64,000 bases of DNA from an uncultured Bacteroidota bacterium. Its GTDB lineage: Bacteria; Bacteroidota; Bacteroidia; Bacteroidales; B18-G4. The notes below the pieces were generated by a model. It was not told the origin of the DNA and made no database searches. It saw only the letters and a program-made list of their open reading frames with translations. Shown in pieces: positions 56,055-64,000 of the stretch; the first letter of the stretch is position 1, and the number at the start of each line of letters is the position of its first letter. The position numbers were made by a program, and so were the translations under genes. The DNA is taken from positions 198,419 to 262,418 of the forward strand of contig CAWCAB010000003.1 in the NCBI GenBank assembly GCA_963793485.1, written 5' to 3'.

Positions 56055-57263
56055 TTAATTGCCCTGTGAATCTTTAAGCAATGTGATTCTGGTTTCAAGT
56101 GTTACTATTTTTTCCTCTTGCCGGATGACGTATAAGGTCAGTTCCTCGATCTTTTTCAGCAGGAGGCTTTCCATTTTACCTACTTCCAGCCCGGTCTTTA
56201 GCAGGGCATCAGCCGCCGGCATATCCGGCAGATGGCCATGCTCAGCGATATATGATTCTAATTGCGGTATGGGCATGAGGGTATAGGCCTCATCAAAAAC
56301 ATAATCAGGCCAGTCTTCGCTGATCTTTACAATAACTTCTTCGGTGATGATGGCTCCATTAACGGCCAGTTTGTAGCCGTAGGTATCACTGGTGCCGATG
56401 CCAACCTGCCCTTCAAGCCGGTAAATGTTATTCCCGCTGATGGTCCAGTCATTGTCGTTCATCAAAGATGGATCGGACCAAAAGGCATTTCCGTACTTAT
56501 CGGAGCGCATTATCCATCCCTCAATATTTTCTTTATATGTCTCTCTGTCGAAGATTGTAAGATGCCTGGAAAAAATGCTTCCCTGCACTTCCAGGTCATA
56601 GGATGGGTAGAGGGTTTTTATGCCAACACGGCCGTCATTAAATATGTAATTATTTTCGCTGAGAAATAGCAACCCGCAATCGTCCATGCTTCTGAGCCCA
56701 TGCCCCTTATTGCCCAGGTAAAAGTCGATCATTCTGAAGTCCTCCTGTTCAACAAAAAGCCCGGCAAATTCTCCATGATCTGCATGTACATGCAGCCTGG
56801 CTTCGGGATTGGTCACATTGCCGATACCAACCTTGCCGGTGGTGTACTTCGATGGTGATTTGCTTACAAACAGGGTAGGATAGATGCTGTTGAAGCCTAT
56901 CATCAGGCTGTTTTCAATGTTGTTGATCATGCGATCACCTGATGTTTGTCCGTAGCCTTTGCCAATGATCATAGCCCCATCCACAAGGCTGTTTGCATTG
57001 TTTCCAAATATCATGGCCTGTATACCATCGGCTTTGATCCAGTTGCCTATGCTTGTCGATTGTTGCCCGTTGGCTATGGCTTCAAGGCCGGAGGCAAATG
57101 CTGCCTGTCCGGCGGCCACGGAATTAAGCCCAATGGCACTTGATGAAAGGTGCGGGTTTGATTGTGTGTTTCGGCAGTTTGTGCATTGAGCCATTATACT
57201 ACCCGGCAGGATGAATGCTGTGTTCATCACCATAAAAAGAATGATTGTAATTGAACGTTTCAT
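56055..57263 (-). CDS. Secreted tail-fibre-like / YadA-head-like repeat protein with C-terminal coiled coil
   Basis: Signal peptide and SSAIGLNSVAAGQAAFASGLEAIANGQQSTSIG head-type repeats. The C-terminus WPDYVFDEAYTLMPIPQLESYIAEHGHLPDMP...LLKKIEELTLYVIRQEEKI is a module I recall seeing in Bacteroidota tail-fibre-like proteins. Confidence 0.5.
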   Translation of the reverse strand: MKRSITIILFMVMNTAFILPGSIMAQCTNCRNTQSNPHLSSSAIGLNSVAAGQAAFASGLEAIANGQQSTSIGNWIKADGIQAMIFGNNANSLVDGAMIIGKGYGQTSGDRMINNIENSLMIGFNSIYPTLFVSKSPSKYTTGKVGIGNVTNPEARLHVHADHGEFAGLFVEQEDFRMIDFYLGNKGHGLRSMDDCGLLFLSENNYIFNDGRVGIKTLYPSYDLEVQGSIFSRHLTIFDRETYKENIEGWIMRSDKYGNAFWSDPSLMNDNDWTISGNNIYRLEGQVGIGTSDTYGYKLAVNGAIITEEVIVKISEDWPDYVFDEAYTLMPIPQLESYIAEHGHLPDMPAADALLKTGLEVGKMESLLLKKIEELTLYVIRQEEKIVTLETRITLLKDSQGN

Positions 57264-57414
57264 AATAGATCGTTTAGTTTATTAGAAAATCTTGAGTTGC
57301 GGAGACTGTGTCCTTAATTATTAATACCAGATTTCGAAAAATGTCCACACCCTGAACCGAATTTTTTTTAATTTAGCATCTCACAATGTTAAATATGATC
57401 CAAACCCAAATATT

Positions 57415-58431
57415 ATGCAGGATATAGATTGGGGAAGTCTCCCTTTCGGCTATTTTAAGACCGAGTATAATGTCAGGTGCTACCACCGTAACGGTGAGTG
57501 GGGTGAGGTGGAAGTCTCCTCCTCCGAGTATATCAATATTCATATGGCAGCCACATGTCTTCACTACGGCCAGGAGGCCTTTGAGGGTATGAAGGTGTTC
57601 CGCGGAGTGGATGGCAAGATACGTGTATTTCGCTGGGAAGAGAATGCCAAACGCATGCAGCGCTCGGCAGAAGGAGTGATGATGGCGGAACCTACACAGG
57701 AGCTATTCAAAGAGATGATGATCAAGGTGGTGAAGATGAACGAAAAGTACATCCCTCCATTTGGTACCGGGGCTGCTTTATACCTGCGTCCATTACTAAT
57801 TGGTACCGGGCCTCAGGTGGGTGTGAAGCCAGCTGAGGAATATATGTTCATGATCTTTGTTGGGCCTGTTGGTCCATACTTCAAAGAAGGTTTCCATCCC
57901 GTCAGGATGCAGATCGTACGGGATTATGATCGTTGTGCTCCGTTGGGAACGGGTCATATCAAGGTAGGTGGTAACTATGCTGCCAGCCTCAAGCCTGCCG
58001 CACGTGCCAAGGAAGAGGGATTCGCATCCGTAATCTTCCTCGAAGCCAAGGAAAAGAAATATATCGATGAAGCCGGGCCTGCCAATTTTTTCGGTATAAA
58101 AGGAAATAAATATATCACTCCTGATTCACATACCATCCTCCCATCCATTACCAATATGAGTTTACGCCAGCTGGCTAAAGATATGGGGCTTGAGGTGGAA
58201 CTGCGCCATGTATTGGTAGATGAACTGGGTGATTTCGATGAGGCTGGTGCTTGTGGTACTGCTGCCATCATTTCTCCCATCCGTGAGATCTACGACAGGG
58301 AAACAGGTCAAAGCTTTACCTATGGTGATGGCGAGGCCGGGCCTGTCTCTACCAAGCTGTATAATAAGCTACGTGCCATACAATACGGTGAAGAACCGGA
58401 TCCATATGACTGGACAATGATCATCGAATAG
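57415..58431 (+). CDS. ilvE: Branched-chain amino acid aminotransferase (class IV)
   Basis: LHYGQEAFEGMKVFR, GTGAALYLRPLLIG and GHIKVGGNYAASL are typical of IlvE. Confidence 0.92.
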   Translation: MQDIDWGSLPFGYFKTEYNVRCYHRNGEWGEVEVSSSEYINIHMAATCLHYGQEAFEGMKVFRGVDGKIRVFRWEENAKRMQRSAEGVMMAEPTQELFKEMMIKVVKMNEKYIPPFGTGAALYLRPLLIGTGPQVGVKPAEEYMFMIFVGPVGPYFKEGFHPVRMQIVRDYDRCAPLGTGHIKVGGNYAASLKPAARAKEEGFASVIFLEAKEKKYIDEAGPANFFGIKGNKYITPDSHTILPSITNMSLRQLAKDMGLEVELRHVLVDELGDFDEAGACGTAAIISPIREIYDRETGQSFTYGDGEAGPVSTKLYNKLRAIQYGEEPDPYDWTMIIE

Positions 58432-58437
58432 AGTGGA

Positions 58438-59262
58438 TTAGCAGACTCCTGCTTTCTTAAGAATTTCTTCCATCTGTTGCTGAAGCCTTAGGGTTTCTAC
58501 CCTTGCTATGGCAGCAAAGTCATCTGCTTTCCCGGCATAGATGATACCCCTCGAAGAATTTACAAGAAGTCCGCAGTCTTTGTTCAGGCCATGCTCAGCT
58601 ACCTCTTCCAGGCTGCCACCCTGTGCACCTACCCCCGGGACGAGAAGAAAATGTTCGGGTACAATTTTACGGATGCCGGCAAGCATCTCGGCCCTGGTAG
58701 CTCCTACAACATACATAGTATTGTCAGCATCACCCCATTCTTTTGATTTTTCCAGTACACGCTCATAAACAAGCTTACCGTTTCCTGTTTTGATCATCTG
58801 GAAGTCATCGCTTCCCTTGTTGGAGGTCAATGCGAGCAGGACGATCCACTTCCCTTCAATATCCATGAAGGGGCCGACAGAGTCCTGACCCATATAGGGT
58901 GCTACGGTGATCCCATCAAAATCGAGTACCTCCAGAAAAGCTTTGGCATATCTGCCTGATGTATTTCCAATATCACCACGCTTGGCGTCGGCAATGGTGA
59001 AAACATCTTTTTCCTTCAGGTAGGCGATGGTTTTCTCGAGTGCCTCCCATCCCTTTGTTCCATATGCCTCATAAAAGGCAATGTTGGGCTTGTATGCTGC
59101 CACCAGATCGTGGGTGGCGTCAATAATGGCCTTGTTGAAGGCAAAAATGGGGTCGTTCTCAGTAAGGAGGTGTTCAGGAATCTTTTCCAGATCGGTATCC
59201 AGTCCGATGCAAAGAAAGCTTCTTTTTTTCTTGATGAGGGAGATAAGGTCCTGGCGTGTCAT
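58438..59262 (-). CDS. pyrF: Orotidine 5'-phosphate decarboxylase (type 2)
   Basis: [29 protein letters not shown] and [11 protein letters not shown] motifs. Confidence 0.92.
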   Translation of the reverse strand: MTRQDLISLIKKKRSFLCIGLDTDLEKIPEHLLTENDPIFAFNKAIIDATHDLVAAYKPNIAFYEAYGTKGWEALEKTIAYLKEKDVFTIADAKRGDIGNTSGRYAKAFLEVLDFDGITVAPYMGQDSVGPFMDIEGKWIVLLALTSNKGSDDFQMIKTGNGKLVYERVLEKSKEWGDADNTMYVVGATRAEMLAGIRKIVPEHFLLVPGVGAQGGSLEEVAEHGLNKDCGLLVNSSRGIIYAGKADDFAAIARVETLRLQQQMEEILKKAGVC

Positions 59263-59267
59263 ATGAT

Positions 59268-60341
59268 TTATTTGTCAAATTCCTGTTTCAGTCGTTCTGC
59301 ATTCTCGGCCAGCTGAAGCTTGTCGATCAGCTCCTGTACATTGCCATTGATGATATCCTGCAGATTATAAAGTGTGAGATTGATCCTGTGGTCAGTGACC
59401 CTTCCCTGTGGCCAGTTATAGGTCCTGATCTTGGCTGAACGGTCACCCGAGCTCACCATAGTCTTCCTTTGTGAAGAGATCTCATCAAGGTACTTCTTGT
59501 ATTCCATCTCATATAACCTGGTTCTCAGTACCTTCATAGCCTTCTCATGGTTCTTGATCTGTGATTTCTGGTCCTGGCAAGTCACCACGGTATTAGTAGG
59601 AATATGTGTAAGCCTGACCGCAGAATAAGTTGTATTTACAGATTGTCCCCCCGGCCCGGAAGAACAATAGGTATCTCGCCTGATATCTTCTGGTTTGACC
59701 TCAATATCGAACTCATCTGCCTCTGGCAAAACCACAACTGATGCTGCTGAAGTGTGCACCCTTCCCTGGGTCTCAGTTTTCGGCACCCGTTGCACACGGT
59801 GCACCCCTGATTCATACTTCATCTGCCCGTAAACATTATCTCCGCTGATCTCAAATATAATCTCCTTAAAACCACCAGCGGTACCTTCAGTCATGCTCAC
59901 CTCTTCAATCTTCCACTTCTTTACTTCGCAAAACTTAACATACATCCTGTATAGGTCACCCGCAAAGATACTGGCTTCATCACCACCTGATCCAGCCCTG
60001 ATCTCCACCATGGAATTCTTATCATCCTGGGGGTCTTTCGGGATCAACATAAAGCGGATATCTTCTTCCATCTTGTCTCTTTTCTCAATCAGTTCATTCA
60101 GTTCCAGCTTCGCCATCTCCCGAAATTCCTCATCCTTTTCGGTCTTCAATACTTCTTTGGTAGAGTTGATATTGGCGATCACATTGGCATATACCTTATA
60201 TGCTTCAACGATGGGTTGCAATTCTTTGTAATCTTTGTTTAGCTGAATGAACCTCTTCATGTCCGACATGACGTCCGGATGTGTCATCTGCTCTCCAATG
60301 TCCTTCCAACTCTTGTATATGCCTTCTAGTTTGTCAATCAT
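59268..60341 (-). CDS. prfA: Peptide chain release factor 1
   Basis: GGQ motif [12 protein letters not shown] and RF1-type region [18 protein letters not shown]. Uninterrupted ORF. Confidence 0.93.
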   Translation of the reverse strand: MIDKLEGIYKSWKDIGEQMTHPDVMSDMKRFIQLNKDYKELQPIVEAYKVYANVIANINSTKEVLKTEKDEEFREMAKLELNELIEKRDKMEEDIRFMLIPKDPQDDKNSMVEIRAGSGGDEASIFAGDLYRMYVKFCEVKKWKIEEVSMTEGTAGGFKEIIFEISGDNVYGQMKYESGVHRVQRVPKTETQGRVHTSAASVVVLPEADEFDIEVKPEDIRRDTYCSSGPGGQSVNTTYSAVRLTHIPTNTVVTCQDQKSQIKNHEKAMKVLRTRLYEMEYKKYLDEISSQRKTMVSSGDRSAKIRTYNWPQGRVTDHRINLTLYNLQDIINGNVQELIDKLQLAENAERLKQEFDK

Positions 60342-60361
60342 TTGTTTCTTCTTTCAGTTTG

Positions 60362-60369
60362 CAAAGGTA
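60362..60369 (-). promoter_or_regulatory. -7 box candidate (TACCTTTG on minus strand) for prfA
   Basis: TAnnTTTG match 20 nt upstream of ATG 60341, with gTTG 18 nt further upstream. Confidence 0.35.
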
Positions 60370-60433
60370 TGATAAATTCATATGGGACAACCCCCTGAGA
60401 GGATGCCATCATCATGGTATAAATAAGATTTCG

Positions 60434-61603
60434 CTAATAGAAAAATGTTCCCTGCTTGCTCTCGATGGTCACTTTGGGCCCATCACTTTTCTCAACGTGC
60501 CCAACTACCCTGGCATCAATGTTAAACGAGCCAGCGATCGAAATAATGTCTTTTGCGATCTTCTCAGGAACATATAACTCGAATCGATGCCCCATGTTAA
60601 AGACCTGGTACATTTCCTTCCAGTCGGTGCCAGATTCCTCCTGGATCATCCTGAACAGAGGAGGGATGGGGAAGAGATTGTTTTTTACCACATGAAGGTC
60701 ATCAATAAAATGCAGCACCTTGGTCTGTGCTCCGCCACTACAGTGAACCATTCCATGTATCTGCTCTCTGTACTCATTCAAGACTTCTTTGATCACCGGA
60801 GCATATGTCCGGGTGGGGGAGAGCACAAGTTTGCCAGTATCCACTCCAGGTACTTCAGTAGGGTCAGTCAGCGATCTAGTGCCCGAAAGAACAAGTTCTT
60901 TCGGAATCTGGGGATCGAAGGTTTCGGGATACTTTTTAGCATAATTCTTTTTGAAGACATCATGCCTGGCGCTGGTGAGGCCATTTGAGCCCATGCCCCC
61001 ATTATATTCGCTTTCATAAGTAGCCTGTCCGAAAGATGATAAGCCTACGATCACATCACCGGCCCTGATGTTCTTGTTTGTGATCACTTCATCTCTTCGG
61101 ATCCGGGCTGTAACGGTAGAATCAACGATGATGGTCCTGACCAGGTCTCCAACGTCAGCAGTTTCCCCTCCGGTAGCATATATTCCAATGCCAAGCTCGC
61201 GCATGCTGGCCATAAATTCTTCAGTACCATTGATGATGGCAGAGATGACTTCACCGGGGATCAGCATTTTGTTGCGACCAATGGTGGAGGAGAGGAGAAT
61301 ATTATTGGTAACACCCACGCAAAGAAGGTCGTCGAGGTTCATCACGATGGCATCCTGTGCTATCCCTTTCCACACCGAAATGTCAGCTGTTTCTTTCCAG
61401 TACATGTAGGCCAGGGCGGATTTGGTGCCAGCACCGTCGGCATGCATGATGGTGCAATAATCATCACTACCATGAAGTATATCAGGAATGATCTTACAAA
61501 AGGCTTTAGGGAAAAGGCCCTTGTCGACAGATTTGATGGCTTTGTGCACATCCTCTTTGGAGGCTGATACACCACGCTGGTCGTATCTTTTGTTCACGCT
61601 CAC
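60434..61603 (-). CDS. purM: Phosphoribosylformylglycinamidine cyclo-ligase (AIR synthase, long Bacteroidota type)
   Basis: YDQRGVSASKEDVHKAI...IMHADGAGTKSALAY and the overall AIR-synthase-related layout. Confidence 0.85.
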   Translation of the reverse strand: MSVNKRYDQRGVSASKEDVHKAIKSVDKGLFPKAFCKIIPDILHGSDDYCTIMHADGAGTKSALAYMYWKETADISVWKGIAQDAIVMNLDDLLCVGVTNNILLSSTIGRNKMLIPGEVISAIINGTEEFMASMRELGIGIYATGGETADVGDLVRTIIVDSTVTARIRRDEVITNKNIRAGDVIVGLSSFGQATYESEYNGGMGSNGLTSARHDVFKKNYAKKYPETFDPQIPKELVLSGTRSLTDPTEVPGVDTGKLVLSPTRTYAPVIKEVLNEYREQIHGMVHCSGGAQTKVLHFIDDLHVVKNNLFPIPPLFRMIQEESGTDWKEMYQVFNMGHRFELYVPEKIAKDIISIAGSFNIDARVVGHVEKSDGPKVTIESKQGTFFY

Positions 61604-61612
61604 GCTTCCTGC

Positions 61613-64000
61613 TTATTCCTTGTATTTGAAGGTGATCTCTTTTGCTGCTTCATTCACTGTGTAGGTACCTATACGCGTCAGCGTTTCCCTGCCAATAACC
61701 ATGGGGTTGGTTTGCCTGTGCATTACGATGAATTTCACGTCATTGATGGTCTTGCTGCCAATCCTCAGTTCGTCAATATTGAAAGCACTATTATTCCTGA
61801 TAGAGTTGTTGGCCAGGATCTCATTGGGATCCCCTTCAAAATCATCCTTGTCGATGATGCCATCGTTCAGCATTTGCAATGCTTTCTCCAGGGAAACCTG
61901 GGCAGTTGACCTATCCTCGAAGACGAATTCATCCGTGAAACCGTTTATGGTCACAGGCATGATGAAAAATCCTGTATTTGGCTGAACGCTAAATCTCACC
62001 ACATCATCATCAGGATTGATCTGGATAGCTACCTCACCTGGCTCTTCGCTGATCTGGGTTCTAGGCACATAATCTTTTCTCAGGACACTAAAATCAGTTC
62101 TCCTGTTAAGCTGGTGGGCAATCTCCTGTATCTCTACTGATGGGAGGGCAGCTATATATTCTTCCGAAAGCACGTCACCTTCTTTGAAATCATATCCATC
62201 TCGGGTCATGTCTTTGAGAATCTTGCGTGGAACGCGCTCACCATAACCTTTGGCTACCAGTCTTTCAGCATCTATACCCCTGAGGATGAGGTAGTCAACT
62301 ACCGACTGCGCCCTTTTTTGTGATAGAATATCGTTTCGTTCGTAGCTGTCACGTGAATCGGTATGTGAAGCAAGCTCAACAACCAGTCTTGGGTTTTCAT
62401 CCAGGGTAGTGATGAGGCCCTGCAGTGAATCTTCATACTGAGGTTTGAGGTCCCACTTGGCAAGATCGTAAAGAATCTCCGGCAGCACGATGGGTTCTTC
62501 CGGAATAGGTTTTAAAAGAAAGTCCTGCGTGAAATCTTTCCCGGCTTCATGTCCTACAGTGGTCACGGTTGCTTTGCTGTTGAAATAGTCAGGTTTGCTC
62601 ACCTCTATTTCATAGGTAGTATTTTGCAATACCTGCGACTTCCCGAAGTTAAATACCCCGGCTTCTGTCGTCCTTGTCGAGACAGAAGTGCCATCGGAAC
62701 CCACCAGGCTTACGTTGGCATCCATCACAAACTGCAATGTCATCTCGTCCGTCACTACACCCGCAATGGTGAATTCCACAGGAGGAACGATGAAGGAGTA
62801 AATATCTTCCATGCCTTTCCGGCCACGTCGGTCGCTGCTGAAGAAGCCTTTTTCCTCCTCCGGATGAAAAACGATCCCAAAATCGTTGAACTCTGAATTC
62901 ATGGGAGGCTTGATGTTTTCGGGCACACTCCAGCTTCCTTCTTCGTTAATGGTAGTTACGAATATATCCAATCCTCCCATGCCAATATGGCCATCGGAAG
63001 CGAAATAGAGTACAGTGTCTGAGCGCAGGTAAGGGAACATCTCATTTCCCGGGGTGTTAATTACCGGCCCCAGGTTGAATGGCCTGCTGAACTCATCCTG
63101 TCTGGAGTCGCGGAAGGCCACCCAGATATCATTACCACCAAATCCGCCTTCTCGGTCAGAGGTAAAATAGATGATCAACTCATTCTCGCTGATTGCAGGA
63201 TGGCCAAAAGCATCGGATGAGTCATTACTTAACTTGACCATTTGCGGTTCGCTCCATATCCTTCCTGTACGGTCGGAAGTGTATATCTGGCAACCATTTA
63301 TCTTTTTCTCTTCATTCGGACAGCGTGTAAAATAAAGAGTTGAGTACCTGCTGTTCATTATGCCGGCCCCCTCATTGGCTTCGCTATTGACCCCTTTTTC
63401 ACCCTTGTCGAGCAGGCTGGGCTCGGCCCATTCTTCTTTCCTGTCGATACGGCTTGTGAAGAAGTCGCTGAAATTCATGTCAGTCCATTCATCAGTCTTT
63501 TTGCCTGTTGACCCTTCACGAGTAGAAGTAAAGATCAATTCATTGAAGTTATCATTGGCATAGGTGGGACAGAAGTCTGATTGCCGGCTGCTGATTTTCT
63601 TTATGTATTCAACTTCGTATTTGCTAGGGTATTCGAGCCACTCCTGGATGAGTGCTATGGATTCAACTCCTGCAGGGCCCCTGGGGTCGTCAGGAACTGC
63701 CTCGGCATAGAGATTATAATATTCAAGAGCTTCATCATGAAAGCCCTCTGATTTCATGATGTCGGCATAGTATAGCAAGATAATAGGTTCTTTCTTGTCG
63801 TAACCGGTTTTGCTAAGCCGCTTATACTGGGCTTTGGCAGCTTTAGGATTTCCGGTAAGCCTGTAGCATTCAGCCATCCTGAAGGCTACCCGGTCCTTTT
63901 CTGCTTTATTGTTCTTGATCTTTCCCTGGGCCTTTTTATAGCGTTCAATGGCCACTACATATTTTTTGTCTTCATATGCTTCGTCGCCTGCGCGGGCAAA
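61613..64000 (-). CDS. OmpA-family outer-membrane protein with TPR + PD40 beta-propeller + CarbopepD_reg-like + OmpA_C architecture (PorE-like) and an extra C-terminal retropepsin-like domain; N-terminus beyond right edge
   Basis: The frame stays open to position 64000 (the track start at 63955 is an internal GTG). It has TPR helices, PD40-like repeats (LYFTSDREGGFGGNDIW, LYFASDGHIGMGGLDIF), the OmpA_C pattern LASHTDSRDSYERNDILSQKRAQSVVDYL...NRRTDF, and then 129 extra residues. Confidence 0.8.
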   Translation of the reverse strand, partial: FARAGDEAYEDKKYVVAIERYKKAQGKIKNNKAEKDRVAFRMAECYRLTGNPKAAKAQYKRLSKTGYDKKEPIILLYYADIMKSEGFHDEALEYYNLYAEAVPDDPRGPAGVESIALIQEWLEYPSKYEVEYIKKISSRQSDFCPTYANDNFNELIFTSTREGSTGKKTDEWTDMNFSDFFTSRIDRKEEWAEPSLLDKGEKGVNSEANEGAGIMNSRYSTLYFTRCPNEEKKINGCQIYTSDRTGRIWSEPQMVKLSNDSSDAFGHPAISENELIIYFTSDREGGFGGNDIWVAFRDSRQDEFSRPFNLGPVINTPGNEMFPYLRSDTVLYFASDGHIGMGGLDIFVTTINEEGSWSVPENIKPPMNSEFNDFGIVFHPEEEKGFFSSDRRGRKGMEDIYSFIVPPVEFTIAGVVTDEMTLQFVMDANVSLVGSDGTSVSTRTTEAGVFNFGKSQVLQNTTYEIEVSKPDYFNSKATVTTVGHEAGKDFTQDFLLKPIPEEPIVLPEILYDLAKWDLKPQYEDSLQGLITTLDENPRLVVELASHTDSRDSYERNDILSQKRAQSVVDYLILRGIDAERLVAKGYGERVPRKILKDMTRDGYDFKEGDVLSEEYIAALPSVEIQEIAHQLNRRTDFSVLRKDYVPRTQISEEPGEVAIQINPDDDVVRFSVQPNTGFFIMPVTINGFTDEFVFEDRSTAQVSLEKALQMLNDGIIDKDDFEGDPNEILANNSIRNNSAFNIDELRIGSKTINDVKFIVMHRQTNPMVIGRETLTRIGTYTVNEAAKEITFKYKE

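Noticed and set aside
59268-60341. Programmed +1 frameshift of the release-factor type
   Set aside because: The gene is RF1 (prfA) with a single uninterrupted ORF. The autoregulatory frameshift is a feature of RF2 (prfB).
1-64000. Search by eye for tRNA, rRNA, tmRNA, riboswitch leaders, integrases, transposases, toxin-antitoxin pairs and known defence gene clusters
   Set aside because: None were recognised. MazG-like, Nudix, NYN and four-helix-bundle genes are present but scattered as singletons among housekeeping genes, so I do not call them a defence system.

Overview
This is a 64-kb chromosomal segment of a Bacteroidota-type genome. Supporting signs are four secreted proteins ending in type-A T9SS C-terminal sorting domains, DUF4252, DUF4492 and DUF4159 families, and CTTG-N20-TATATTTG promoter-like motifs. 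About 65 protein genes are supportable. Most are housekeeping: secA (cut at the left edge), coaD, pyrE, birA, rsfS-ftsH-LUD-cdsA-psd, valS, rsmE, htpG, ilvE, pyrF, prfA and purM. There is also an ECF sigma/anti-sigma/DUF4252 x2 operon, a LemA-TPM-TPM operon and a roughly 15-kb respiratory neighbourhood. That neighbourhood holds DUF4492-cydA-cydB plus an uncalled 38-aa ORF, two periplasmic metal/thiol lipoproteins, sco-coxI-coxIII-coxIV-coxII(cyt c)-ctaB, and a Tat-FeS/NrfD/monohaem cytochrome c trio. I saw no rRNA, tRNA, CRISPR, transposase, integrase or recognisable defence island. The most unusual signal is non-genic. Much of the intergenic DNA is built from short blocks of 7-bp (rarely 8-9-bp) imperfect tandem repeats. 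A few unit families recur across the window in both orientations. These blocks typically start 0-9 nt from stop codons, sometimes contain the stop codon, and bracket several small genes (MazG-like, Nudix, four-helix-bundle, NYN-LOTUS). Other items worth a look are a promoter+terminator-delimited candidate sRNA after valS with 21-bp-phased upstream repeats, two uncalled small ORFs (38-aa CydX-like, 49-aa RHH), a 1-nt frameshift in a large T9SS cargo gene, and a PorE-like OmpA protein with a degenerate retropepsin-like tail. All coordinates for repeats and hairpins were hand-counted and may be off by 1-2 nt. No database search or folding computation was possible.
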